Shown: positions 31,263 through 40,978 of the stretch, one piece after another
Numbering within the stretch: position 1 is the first letter of the stretch
Layout: each line of letters opens with the position of its first letter
Assembly (NCBI GenBank): GCA_963783385.1
Contig: CAWANJ010000009.1
Coordinates: 224,001 to 288,000 of the forward strand
DNA length: 64,000 nt
Origin: an uncultured Gemmatimonadales bacterium
Lineage (GTDB): Bacteria > Gemmatimonadota > Gemmatimonadetes > Palauibacterales > Palauibacteraceae
Direction: 5' to 3'
Notes under the pieces: generated by a model
Seen by the model: the letters and a program-made list of their open reading frames with translations, nothing else
Told to the model about the DNA's origin: nothing
The model's database searches: none
Made by a program: the position numbers and the translations under genes

Positions 31263-33011
31263 GTGAGCCCCCCGGCCACGCCCGTGCTTCCGCGGCTGCG
31301 GGCTCGCTGGGTGCCACCTCCGGAGGCACCCGGCGCCCTGGTGGACCGGCTGCGCGAGGCGGTGAGACTGCCCGCGCCGGTGTGCGAGCTCCTGGTGCGG
31401 CGGGGTCGCGGGGCGCCCGACGCGGCCCGCGCCTTTCTCCGTCCGACCTTCGACGCCCTCCATTCGCCCGATCTCCTCCCGGACATGCCGGCGGCTCTCG
31501 ATCGCGTCGAAGGTGCGATCGACCAGGGGGAGCGCATCCTCGTGCACGGCGACTACGACGCCGACGGACTGTGCTCCGCGGCCTTGCTGACCCTGGGTCT
31601 GAGGGAACTCGGCGCGCGGGTCGAGCCGTTCGTTCCCCACCGACTCCGGGACGGCTACGACCTCGGCGACGGCGGGCTCGCCCGTGCGCGCGAGCTGGAT
31701 GCCGGCCTGATCGTCACGGCGGACTGCGGGGTGTCGGCGGTCGAGGCGGTGGCCGAGGCGGGGCGGATGGGCCTCGACGTGGTCGTCACCGACCACCACC
31801 GTCCGCCGCCCCGGCTCCCGGACGCCGTCGCGGTGGTCGACCCGGCCCGCTCGGAGGCCGGTTACCCGTTCCCGGGACTGGCCGGTGTGGGAGTCGCGTT
31901 CAAGCTGTTGGCCGGCCTGTACGCGAGAGGCGGGGTCCCCGCGGAGCGGCTGAACCGTCACCTGGACCTGGTGGCGCTCGGCACGGTGGCCGACCTGGTG
32001 CCGCTCCTCGACGAGAACAGGATCCTGGTTCGAGCCGGGCTCGGCGCCCTGGCGCGGACCCGCAAGCCGGGCCTCAGGGCCCTGGCCTCGGCGGCGGGCG
32101 TCGACCTCGGCGGGAGCCCGGACGCCGCGGACATCGGCTACCGACTCGGCCCCCGGCTGAACGCGGCCGGACGGGTGGGCGCGGCGGAGACAGGACTGCG
32201 ACTTCTCCTGGCGGACGAGCCGGGAGAGGCGGAGCGGCTGGCCTCCCTCCTGGAGGTGCGCAACCGGGAGCGACGCCAGGAGGACCGCCGAGTGCGGGCC
32301 GAGGCCGAGGCGCAGCTCGCCGAGCGCTACGACCCGGAGCGGGACCGGTCGGTGCTGCTGTGGGGCGAGGACTGGCACCCGGGCGTGATCGGGATCGTGG
32401 CCTCGCGCCTCGTGGAGCAGGTCCATCGCCCGGTGATCCTGGTGAGCCTGAGGGACGAGCCCGGGCGCGGGTCCGGGCGGTCCATCCCCGGCTTCCACCT
32501 GCACCGAGCGCTCGAGGCTTGCTCGGACCTGCTGGAGCGCTTCGGCGGCCACCGTATGGCCGCCGGCCTCGAGGTGCGGAGGGAGCGGCTGGAGGCGCTG
32601 GCCCTGCGCTTCGAGGACGAGGCGGCCCGGACGCTGACGGCCGAGGCGCTGCAACCCGAGCTCCACCTCGACCTCTCCCTGCCGCTCCGGGCCATCGACG
32701 AGGATCTGTGGCGGGGCCTGGAGTACCTGGCCCCGTTCGGCACCGACAACCCCCAACCCGTCCTCCACGTACGGGACGTGCGTTTCGAGCGACCCGCCGC
32801 CGTCGGCTCGGGAGGAGAGCACCTCAAGGCCGTCCTCGTCGCCGACGACGAGAGCCGGCTGGAGGCGATCGGCTTCGGCATGGGCGGGCGCCTGGGCGAA
32901 GCGTCGTCGTTCCGGGTGGAGGTCGCCTTCGAGCTCTTCAGGGACCGATACCGGGGCCGGGAGCGGCTGCAGGCGCGGATGCTGGACTTCCGGCCCGTGG
33001 ATGGACCGTAG
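31263..33011 (+). CDS. recJ: single-stranded-DNA-specific exonuclease RecJ
   Basis: GDYDADG, TADCG, TDHH, GTVADLVPL, PRLNAAGR, GSGRS, FGGH. Confidence 0.96.
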   Translation: MSPPATPVLPRLRARWVPPPEAPGALVDRLREAVRLPAPVCELLVRRGRGAPDAARAFLRPTFDALHSPDLLPDMPAALDRVEGAIDQGERILVHGDYDADGLCSAALLTLGLRELGARVEPFVPHRLRDGYDLGDGGLARARELDAGLIVTADCGVSAVEAVAEAGRMGLDVVVTDHHRPPPRLPDAVAVVDPARSEAGYPFPGLAGVGVAFKLLAGLYARGGVPAERLNRHLDLVALGTVADLVPLLDENRILVRAGLGALARTRKPGLRALASAAGVDLGGSPDAADIGYRLGPRLNAAGRVGAAETGLRLLLADEPGEAERLASLLEVRNRERRQEDRRVRAEAEAQLAERYDPERDRSVLLWGEDWHPGVIGIVASRLVEQVHRPVILVSLRDEPGRGSGRSIPGFHLHRALEACSDLLERFGGHRMAAGLEVRRERLEALALRFEDEAARTLTAEALQPELHLDLSLPLRAIDEDLWRGLEYLAPFGTDNPQPVLHVRDVRFERPAAVGSGGEHLKAVLVADDESRLEAIGFGMGGRLGEASSFRVEVAFELFRDRYRGRERLQARMLDFRPVDGP

Positions 33012-33018
33012 GGCGGAC

Positions 33019-33621
33019 GTGCTGCGCATCATCTCGGGTACCCTGGGTGGACGGAGGATCGCCGCGCCGACGGGCCGGTCCACACGGCCCACGCGGGAGG
33101 CCGTTCGGGAAGCGTGGTTCAGCGCCCTGGGTCCGGGCGTGGCGGGCGCCCGGGTGGTGGACCTGTTCGCCGGGTCCGGGGCGCTGGGGATCGAGGCGCT
33201 GTCCCGGGGTGCGGCCGAGGTCACCTTCGTGGAGCGGGGCAGGGAAGCGTCCAGGGTGCTCGAGGCCAACCTGGAGGCGCTGGAGGTCCTGCACCGGAGC
33301 CGGGTGCTGCGCACCGACGTGCGCTCGTTCCTCCGGGCCCTCGCGCGGCCCGCGCCGGAAGAGCCGCCGCCGTTCGACGTGGCGCTCGCCGACCCTCCCT
33401 ACGCCTCCGCCTGGCCGGCGCGGCTCGCGGCGTCGCTGGCCGAGCGCCGCTTCGCGGGCCTGCTGTGCGTCGAGCACGCTCCCGACGCGCTGGGCGAGCA
33501 GGGGGTGGTGTGGCGTCGAGCTTACGGAGACACCATCCTGAGCTTCCTGCGACCGCCCGGGGAACCGGCCGAGGCCGGCGATCGCCCGGAGCCCGAACCG
33601 CCACACGGGAGGACATCGTGA
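33019..33621 (+). CDS. rsmD: 16S rRNA m2G966 methyltransferase
   Basis: [35 protein letters not shown]. Confidence 0.92.
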   Translation: MLRIISGTLGGRRIAAPTGRSTRPTREAVREAWFSALGPGVAGARVVDLFAGSGALGIEALSRGAAEVTFVERGREASRVLEANLEALEVLHRSRVLRTDVRSFLRALARPAPEEPPPFDVALADPPYASAWPARLAASLAERRFAGLLCVEHAPDALGEQGVVWRRAYGDTILSFLRPPGEPAEAGDRPEPEPPHGRTS

Positions 33622-34138
33622 CGGCCCAAAGGAGCGAGCACGTGGCCGTGTACCCGGGGTCCTTCGATCCCCTCACGCTGGGCCACGACGACATCATCCG
33701 TCGGGGGCTCCGGATCGTCGATCGGCTGATCGTGGCCGTGGCGGAGACGTCCACCCAGGACAAGCGCGGGCTGTTCACCCTCGAGGAGCGCGTCCAGGTC
33801 ATCGCTTCGATGTATGCGAACGAGGCGGCCCTGGAGGTGGTCTCCTTCTCCGGGCTCCTGGTGGACTTCGCGCGCTCGCGCGACGCGAGGCTGATCATCC
33901 GCGGACTGCGGGCGGTGAGCGACTTCGAGTACGAGTTCCAATGGCGCTCATGAACCGCTCCCTGTGGCCCGAGCTGGACGTGGTCTTCATGGCGCCGGAC
34001 AACCGCTACACCTTCCTGAGCGCGTCCCTCGTGCGGGAGGTGGCGCGGCTGGGTGGGGACGTGTCGGATTACGTGCCGCCCGCCGTGCTGGAGCGCATGG
34101 TCGAGCGCTTCGGTCCCTCGGCCCGGGGCGACGCGTAG
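33618..34138 (+). CDS. coaD: pantetheine-phosphate adenylyltransferase (frameshift at about 33940 in this sequence)
   Basis: [12 protein letters not shown]...[15 protein letters not shown] in one frame continues as MALMNR...[10 protein letters not shown] in another. Confidence 0.93.
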
Positions 34139-34146
34139 GGGCGGCG

Positions 34147-35088
34147 GTGGACTTCCTGGCCGATCTGCGCGACCGGGCCCGGGCGCGGCCGCGCCGCATC
34201 GGGTTCCCGGAGGCGGACGAGGAGCGCACGGCGCTCGCTATCGCCCGCCTGGCGGAGCGCGAGCTCGTGCGGCCGGTCCTGGTGGTCGGCGCGACGGCGG
34301 CACGGCGGGCCGCGGACTCCGGACCGGAGTGGATCGATCCCGCCGCGGCGTCGGGGCTGGTCCGGGTGCGGCCCGGGGAAGAGGCGGAGCACGCGGGGCC
34401 GCCCGATCCGCTGACGGCGGCGGCCGCGCTGCTCGCCGCGGGACGGCTGGACGGCGTGGTGGCCGGCGCCCGTGCCACGACGGCGGCGGTAGTCCGGGCC
34501 GGGCTGCACCAGGTGGGGATGGCCCCCGGGATCCGCACGGTGTCTAGCGCCTTCTATATGTCGGGCGCCCTCGGTCCCGAAGTCCCGGCCGGCGTCCTCA
34601 CCTTCACGGACGCGGGGGTGGTCCCGGACCCGACGCCCGAGCAGCTGGCGGACATCGCGGACGCCGCCTGCCGAGCGCGCCGCCGCATCGTGGGCGACGA
34701 GCCGCGCGTGGCCTTCCTGTCCTTCTCCACCCGTGGCTCGGCCGAGTCGCCCGGCGTGGCCCGCGTACGGGAGGCATTCGAGCGCTTCCACGCCCGGCAT
34801 CCCGGCGTACTCGCGGATGGCGAGCTGCAGGCGGACGCGGCCCTCGTGCCGGAGGTGTGCGCGCGCAAGGCGCCGGATTCGCCGCTCGCGGGTCGGGCCA
34901 ACGTCCTCGTGTTCCCGGACCTCGACGCGGCCAACATCTCCTACAAGCTGGTGGAGCGACTCGGGGGCGCCCGCGCCCTCGGGCCCATCCTCCAGGGGCT
35001 CGCGCGCCCGCTGTGCGATCTGTCGCGGGGGGCGGACGTGGAAGACATCGTCCACGTGGCGTGCATCGCCTCTCTGCTGGCGGAGTGA
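34147..35088 (+). CDS. pta: phosphate acetyltransferase (short PTA/PTB family)
   Basis: [50 protein letters not shown]. Confidence 0.9.
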   Translation: MDFLADLRDRARARPRRIGFPEADEERTALAIARLAERELVRPVLVVGATAARRAADSGPEWIDPAAASGLVRVRPGEEAEHAGPPDPLTAAAALLAAGRLDGVVAGARATTAAVVRAGLHQVGMAPGIRTVSSAFYMSGALGPEVPAGVLTFTDAGVVPDPTPEQLADIADAACRARRRIVGDEPRVAFLSFSTRGSAESPGVARVREAFERFHARHPGVLADGELQADAALVPEVCARKAPDSPLAGRANVLVFPDLDAANISYKLVERLGGARALGPILQGLARPLCDLSRGADVEDIVHVACIASLLAE

Positions 35089-35110
35089 CGCCCCACTCCG
35101 GGATGGGTCC

Positions 35111-35929
35111 TTGAAGGCGCGTCGCTCGCTGAGCCAGAACTTCCTGGTCGACCCGAACCTGCAGCGGAAGATCGTCGACGCTCTGGAGGCGGAGCCGGCC
35201 GACACGGTCCTCGAGGTCGGCCCCGGTCACGGGGAGCTCAGCGCGCACCTGGTCGGCCGCGTCGCGCGGCTGGTGCTGGTCGAGAAGGACGACCAGCTGG
35301 CGGAGGCCCTCGCCGTCCGCTGGTCCGGCCGGGACGATGTCGAAGTCGTGCACGGGGATGCGCTGGAGGCGGACCTGGCCGGACGGGTGGCGTCCCCGTA
35401 CCGGGTGCTGTCCAACCTCCCGTACGGCATCACGACGCCCCTGCTATTTCGGTTCCTGGCTCTGGCGCCGGCGCCTGTCCGGATCGTGGTCACGGTGCAG
35501 AAGGAGGTGGGCGAACGCATCGTCGCCAGGCCGGGGAGCCGCGACTTCGGGAGCCTGTCGGTGGGCGTCCAGACCAGGGCCGAGGCGCGGATCGCCTTCC
35601 CGGTGAGCCGCAACGCGTTCCGGCCCGTACCCGACGTCGAATCGGTGACGGTGGTCCTCGATCCCGATCCCGAGCGCATCGCGGCCCTGCCGGAGCCCGG
35701 ACTCCGTCGCCTGACCCGCGCGGCGTTCGGATGGCGGCGCAAGCAAATGCAGAAGATCCTGCGCTCGGCGCCCGGGCTCGCCCTCGGGCGGGAGCGCGCC
35801 GAGTCGCTATGCGGGTCCCTCGGACTGGACCCGCGCAGCCGCCCCGAGCAGGTGCCGCCCGAGCTGTTCGTGGCCCTCGCCCGGCGCCTGGAGGAGACGC
35901 GGTTCGGAGGGGCGGACACCGGCGCCTGA
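35111..35929 (+). CDS. rsmA: 16S rRNA dimethyladenosine transferase
   Basis: LSQNFL, LEVGPGHG, SNLPY, QKEV, FRPVPDVES; TTG start estimated. Confidence 0.94.
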   Translation: MKARRSLSQNFLVDPNLQRKIVDALEAEPADTVLEVGPGHGELSAHLVGRVARLVLVEKDDQLAEALAVRWSGRDDVEVVHGDALEADLAGRVASPYRVLSNLPYGITTPLLFRFLALAPAPVRIVVTVQKEVGERIVARPGSRDFGSLSVGVQTRAEARIAFPVSRNAFRPVPDVESVTVVLDPDPERIAALPEPGLRRLTRAAFGWRRKQMQKILRSAPGLALGRERAESLCGSLGLDPRSRPEQVPPELFVALARRLEETRFGGADTGA

Positions 35930-36015
35930 GCGGCCCGCTCGGGGCGGCTGCGCGGGGGCGGGCGGTCCACCGGGAGGTCCCGGGGAGGCCGCGGGCTGTC
36001 CTCTCCCGGCCACGG

Positions 36016-36044
36016 TTGAGTCCGCCGCGCCATCGCTCTATCTT
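36016..36044 (+). promoter_or_regulatory. putative sigma70-type promoter of rex
   Basis: TTGAGT-N17-TATCTT immediately upstream of the Rex operator. Confidence 0.65.
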
Positions 36045-36048
36045 GGCC

Positions 36049-36066
36049 TTGTGAAGCCTTTCACAA
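36049..36066. promoter_or_regulatory. Rex operator (ROP)
   Basis: TTGTGAAGCCTTTCACAA is an exact match to the consensus TTGTGAA-N4-TTCACAA, 19 nt upstream of the rex ATG. Confidence 0.93.
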
Positions 36067-36085
36067 GCGACCCCGCGACCCCGCC

Positions 36086-36742
36086 ATGAGCCATAGCGGC
36101 CAGCGCCGAATCTCCGAGTCCACGGTTCGACGCCTGTCGGTGTACCTGCGCTTCCTGCGCGAGCTGACCCGGCAGGGCAGGGAGCTCGTTTCCAGCCGCC
36201 AGTTGGCCCGCGGCTGCGGGACCACCCCCGCCCAGGTCCGGAAGGACCTCAGCCTGTTCGGCTCGTTCGGTAAGCGCGGGCGCGGCTACACGGTGGACGA
36301 GCTGCGGCGGACGCTGGAGGGGATCCTCGGCCTGGGACGGCGCTGGCGGGTGGCCCTGGTCGGCGTCGGCAAGATCGGCTCCGCGCTCCTGGGCTACCAG
36401 GACCTCGCGAGGCGCGGCTTCGACATCGCGGCCGCGTTCGACTCCGACCCGGCCAAGACCGGGCAGGTCATGTCGGGCGTGCAGGTGTACCCGGCCGAGC
36501 GCCTCACGGAGGTCGTGAGGATGCAGCAGATCGAGCTCGGCATCATCGCCACCCCGCCCGAGTCCGCGCAGACCGTGGCCGATGAGCTCGTCGGCGCGGG
36601 CGTGGGCGCGATCCTCAACTTCGCTCCGGTGGAGATCGACGTGCCGGAGAGCGTCACCGTGCGTACCATGGACGTGGCGCTCGAGCTGGAGGGCCTCAGC
36701 TTCATGCTGACGAGCGGAGACCGGATGCCGTCGCGCGAGTGA
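36086..36742 (+). CDS. rex: redox-sensing transcriptional repressor Rex
   Basis: TVRRLSVYLR, QVRKDLSLFGSFGKRGRGY, VGVGKIG, ILNFAP. Confidence 0.96.
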   Translation: MSHSGQRRISESTVRRLSVYLRFLRELTRQGRELVSSRQLARGCGTTPAQVRKDLSLFGSFGKRGRGYTVDELRRTLEGILGLGRRWRVALVGVGKIGSALLGYQDLARRGFDIAAAFDSDPAKTGQVMSGVQVYPAERLTEVVRMQQIELGIIATPPESAQTVADELVGAGVGAILNFAPVEIDVPESVTVRTMDVALELEGLSFMLTSGDRMPSRE

Positions 36743-36780
36743 CGGTCGCGGGGCGGAGCCAGCGGTACGGAGTCGAGGAC

Positions 36781-38019
36781 ATGGCGACGATGGGGGAGCG
36801 GGGCGTCGGTATCGCGAGCGAGATCGGGAAGCTGCGGCGCGTCATCTGCCACAGCCCGGGTCCGGAGCTCACGGTGGTCACGCCCGACAACCGGCAGGAC
36901 TACCTGTTCGACGACATCCTGGACCTGGAGCGGGCGCGCCGGGAGCATGGGCGCTTCGTGACGCTCCTGGAGCGCTTCGCCGAGGTCCACGAAGTGTCGG
37001 ACCTGCTGGTGGACGTCCTCGCCGACCCCGAGGCCCGGGACGACCTCCTGCAGGGCTCGGACGACGCCTTCCGCGAACGGGCGCGCGAGGCCCGGCCCGA
37101 GGAGCTGGCCCGCCTGTTCATCGAGGGCGAGGAGAGCCACGGCGGGGCCCTGGCCGAGCTGGTCAACGAGGCGGGCTACAGCCTTCCGCCGCTCCCGAAC
37201 CTGTTCTTCACCCGCGACGCGGCCGAGGTGATCGGCGACGGGGTGGCGATCTCCGCCATGCGCCACGAGGTGCGCTGGACCGAAGAGCTCATCATGCGGA
37301 CCCTGTTCCAGCACCATCCCGCGCTCCAGAACCAGGGACTGCTGTACGACGGCACTCGCGAGCGGCGCATGAACACGAGCATCGAGGGTGGCGACGTGCA
37401 CGTGCTGCGCGAGGACCTCGTGCTGGTCGGACTCTCCGAGAGGACGAGCGCGGCGGGCATCGACGCGCTGGCCGAGCGGCTGCTCGCCACGACGCCGGTC
37501 TCCGACCTCCTCGTCGTCATCCTCCCACCCCATCGGACGTCCATCCACCTCGACATGATCTTCACCATGCTGGACCGGGAGCAGTGCTGCGTGTTCCCGC
37601 CCTACTTCCTGGGGCCAACCCGCCTTCCGGTGCTGCACGTGGGCGCCGCCGACCGCGAGACGCGCGAGCGGGAAGACCTGTTCGAGGCCCTGGCCGATCT
37701 CGGCATGCCCCTCGCGCCCATCCCGTGCGGGGGCGACCGGCGCACCATGCAGGAGCGGGAGCAGTGGGGCAGCGGCTGCAACCTGTTCGCGGTGGGGCCG
37801 GGGCAGCTCCTCGCCTACGACCGCAACGAGCACACCCTGGCGGCGCTGGAGAGGGAGGGCGGCTTCCGCATCGTCCACAGCGTGGACTTCCTCACCGGCG
37901 ACGAGTGGGTCGAGGATGACGAGCGCTTCGTGATCGCGTTCGAGGGGACCGAGCTGGTGCGGGGCGGGGGAGGGCCGCGCTGCATGACGATGCCGGTGCT
38001 GCGGGACCCTGTAGCGTGA
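36781..38019 (+). CDS. arcA: arginine deiminase
   Basis: SEIGKL, LFDD, PLPNLFFTRD, EGGD, HLD, REQW, ELVRGGGGPRCMT (catalytic Cys); start could be 36739, 36781 or 36790. Confidence 0.92.
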   Translation: MATMGERGVGIASEIGKLRRVICHSPGPELTVVTPDNRQDYLFDDILDLERARREHGRFVTLLERFAEVHEVSDLLVDVLADPEARDDLLQGSDDAFRERAREARPEELARLFIEGEESHGGALAELVNEAGYSLPPLPNLFFTRDAAEVIGDGVAISAMRHEVRWTEELIMRTLFQHHPALQNQGLLYDGTRERRMNTSIEGGDVHVLREDLVLVGLSERTSAAGIDALAERLLATTPVSDLLVVILPPHRTSIHLDMIFTMLDREQCCVFPPYFLGPTRLPVLHVGAADRETREREDLFEALADLGMPLAPIPCGGDRRTMQEREQWGSGCNLFAVGPGQLLAYDRNEHTLAALEREGGFRIVHSVDFLTGDEWVEDDERFVIAFEGTELVRGGGGPRCMTMPVLRDPVA

Positions 38020-38834
38020 ATCCGGGCGTCCGCTTCTCCCCGTCTTCCACGCTGCTGGCGCGCGCCCTGGAGGAGCTGGAGCGGGGACCCCGCTCGGCCC
38101 CCGAGCTGGCGCGCACGGTGCTCGGCGTGCGCTCCGCCCCGCCGGGCGTGGCGGAGCGCATCGTGCAGGAGCTGTTCGCCGGCGAGCGACGCGTGGAGCG
38201 GGCGGGCGAGGATCGCTGGCGGCTGACACGCGAGCGATCCCTGTCCGGGCCCCTGGCGGCCCTGAGCTACGTGGTCGTGGATGTCGAGACCACGGGGGCC
38301 TCGCCGGGCCGCGGCGACCGGATCACCGAGATCGCCGCCGTCGAGGTCCGGGATGGGACGATCACGGACGAGTTCTCGTCGCTGGTCGACCCGGGGATGC
38401 CGATCCCGGCGTGGATCTCGCGCCTGACCGGCATCACGGACGCCATGGTGTCGGACGCGCCGCGGTTCGAGGAGATCGCGGGGCTCGTGCGCGAGCGGCT
38501 GGAGGGCCGCGTGTTCGTGGCCCACAACGCCCCGTTCGACTGGAGGTTCGTCTCGGCCGAGATGCGACGGGCGGCGTCCGTGCTTCCGTCGGGGCCCCGC
38601 CTGTGCACCCTCCGCCTGGCGCGCCGGGCGCTGCCCGGCCTGGCCCGCAAGGGCCTCGACTCAGTCACCCAGTACTACGGGATCGAGATCGAGGGGCGCC
38701 ACCGGGCGGGAGGGGACGCCGTGGCGACGGCGGGGGTTCTCCTGCGTCTACTCGAGGAGGTCGAGCGGCGCGGCCTCACGCAATGGGGTGACCTGCAGGG
38801 CTGGCTGTCCGGCTCCCGGGGCGCCCCTCGGTAG
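38016..38834 (+). CDS. DEDDh 3'-5' exonuclease (DnaQ/PolC-exo-like) with N-terminal helical extension
   Basis: VVDVETTG, VAHNAPFD, HRAGGDA. Confidence 0.9.
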   Translation: MNPGVRFSPSSTLLARALEELERGPRSAPELARTVLGVRSAPPGVAERIVQELFAGERRVERAGEDRWRLTRERSLSGPLAALSYVVVDVETTGASPGRGDRITEIAAVEVRDGTITDEFSSLVDPGMPIPAWISRLTGITDAMVSDAPRFEEIAGLVRERLEGRVFVAHNAPFDWRFVSAEMRRAASVLPSGPRLCTLRLARRALPGLARKGLDSVTQYYGIEIEGRHRAGGDAVATAGVLLRLLEEVERRGLTQWGDLQGWLSGSRGAPR

Positions 38835-38852
38835 GAGGAGGAGGAAGACGCG

Positions 38853-39746
38853 ATGCTGGTGTACGAGCGGGACGGATTCTCGGTGAGCACCGTGATGGCC
38901 GGGGGGCTGCGGCTGGACGGAGGGGCAATGTTCGGAGTCGTCCCCAAGCCCCTGTGGGAACGGCGAATCCCGGCCGACGACCGGAACCGGATCCCCCTCG
39001 CCATGCGGTGTCTCCTCATCGAGACCGGCGACCACATCCTGCTGGTCGATTCGGGCCTCGGCAACAAGGAGGAGGAGAAGTTCCGGACCATCTACGGCGT
39101 CGACAACGACGGCTCGCCCACGCGCGTCGAGGACGAGCTCCGGGCCCTGGAGGTGGAGCCCGAAGACATAGACATGGTGCTCTGCACCCACCTGCACTTC
39201 GACCACGCCGGGGGCGCCACGCTGCGCGACGCCGACGGGACGATCCGGCCGTCCTTCCCCAACGCCACCTACCTGATCCGGCGCGGCGAATGGGACTTCG
39301 CCCACCGGGACAACGAGCGCATCCAGGCCAGCTACCTGCGGCACAACATGGATCCGCTCCTCGAGGCGGGCGTGGTGGAGTTCCTCGAGGAGGACACCGA
39401 GGTGGTTCCCGGCGTGCGTACGGTCCGGACGCCGGGCCACACCCCCCACCACCAGTCCGTTCTCATCGAGCACGGCGACACGACCCTGTTCTACCTGGCC
39501 GACCTGGTGCCCACCCGAGCGCACGTGCCGTTGCCCTGGATCATGGGCTACGACATCGAGCCCCTGGTGACCCTGGAAGTCAAGCGGGAGTGGCTCACGC
39601 GCGCGGCGCGCGAGGGCTGGGTCCTGGTGTTCGAGCACGATCCGGAGGTGGCCTATGGCTGGGCCCGGCCCGGCGGTGAGCGCGGCGGGTGCGAGCTGGT
39701 CAGCCCGGCCCACGATCCGGTGCACGACTCCTCCCGCATCACTTGA
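38853..39746 (+). CDS. MBL-fold metallo-hydrolase (YtnP-like)
   Basis: LDGGAMFGVVPKPLW, THLHFDHAGG, GHTPHH, WIMGYD. Confidence 0.9.
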   Translation: MLVYERDGFSVSTVMAGGLRLDGGAMFGVVPKPLWERRIPADDRNRIPLAMRCLLIETGDHILLVDSGLGNKEEEKFRTIYGVDNDGSPTRVEDELRALEVEPEDIDMVLCTHLHFDHAGGATLRDADGTIRPSFPNATYLIRRGEWDFAHRDNERIQASYLRHNMDPLLEAGVVEFLEEDTEVVPGVRTVRTPGHTPHHQSVLIEHGDTTLFYLADLVPTRAHVPLPWIMGYDIEPLVTLEVKREWLTRAAREGWVLVFEHDPEVAYGWARPGGERGGCELVSPAHDPVHDSSRIT

Positions 39747-39765
39747 TATCGGAGGTATTACTAAT

Positions 39766-40978
39766 ATGTCGAATAAAGACTTGACGCCAGTTATCGTGGC
39801 GGCCGCACGGCTGCCCACGGGCCGGTTTCTCGGCACGCTGTCGCCGCTCGCGGCGCCGCAGCTCGGCGCCCGGGCCATCCGGGCGGCGGTGGAGCGCTCC
39901 GGAGTGGACCCGCACGAGCTGGACGAGGTCATCATGGGCAACGTCATCCAGGCCGGGGTCGGGCAGGCACCGGCGCGCCAGGCGGCCATCCACGGCGGCG
40001 TTCCGGACACGGTGCCGGCCGTGACGATCAACAAGGTGTGCGGGTCGGGGCTCAAGTCGGTGATGCTGGCCGCGCAGGCGATCCGGGCCGGCGACGGCCG
40101 GGCGTACGTGGCGGGCGGCATGGAGTCGAATGTCCAATGCCCCGTATCTCGTCCGGGGTTACCGCGAGGGGGTCAAGTTCGGGGATCGGACCCTGGTCGA
40201 TGGCCTCATTCACGACGGCCTGTGGTGTTCGTTCGGGGGCTGCCACATGGGCGGGCACGCCGAGTACACGGCCGCGAAGGCCGGGATCGGGCGTCAGGAG
40301 CAGGACCGCTTCGCCCTGGCGAGCCATCAGAAAGCGATCCGGGCCATCGATGCGGGGGAGTTCGAGGCCGAGCTGGTGCCCGTCGAGATCCCGGGCCGGA
40401 AGGGCCCCACCGTGCTCGAGGTCGACGAGACGCCCCGGCGTGACACGGGCTACGAGAAGCTCGCCTCGCTGCGTCCGGCGTTCCCCGACGACGCCCCCGA
40501 CGACATCGAGGAGCTCACGGTCACGGCGGGTAACGCTCCGGGACTCAACAATGGCGCGGCGGCCACCGTCGTCACGTCCCGGGCGTACGCCGAAGCCAAC
40601 GGCCTGGACACGCTCGCGACGATCTCGGCATATTCGGTCGGAGCCACGGCCCCGCGGGACCTGTTCTTCGCCCCGGTGGACGCTGTGCGTCGCCTGATGG
40701 AGAAGGAAGGGACCTCGATCGACGATTACGGGCTGGTGGAGATGAACGAGGCGTTCGCCGTGCAGGCCCTGGCGGACGCTCGGGAGCTGGGCATCGACCC
40801 GGAGCGACTCAACGTGCGGGGCGGCGCCGTGGCGCTGGGCCACCCGATCGGAGCCTCGGGGGCCCGCATCCTCACGACCCTCCTGTACGCGATGCGGGAT
40901 CGTGACGTGCACAAGGGCATGGCCACCCTGTGTCTGGGTGGCGGCAACGCCGTAGCCATGAGCGTGGAGAGATCATGA
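39766..40978 (+). CDS. acetyl-CoA C-acetyltransferase (thiolase), frameshift at about 40129 in this sequence
   Basis: INKVCGSG (nucleophile Cys), AGGMES | [24 protein letters not shown]. Confidence 0.93.

Noticed and set aside
12415-40135. Programmed ribosomal frameshifting or phase variation as an explanation for the three split genes
   Set aside because: There are no slippery heptamers, homopolymer tracts or stimulatory elements at the sites, the shift directions differ, and one gene is essential. Sequencing error is more parsimonious.
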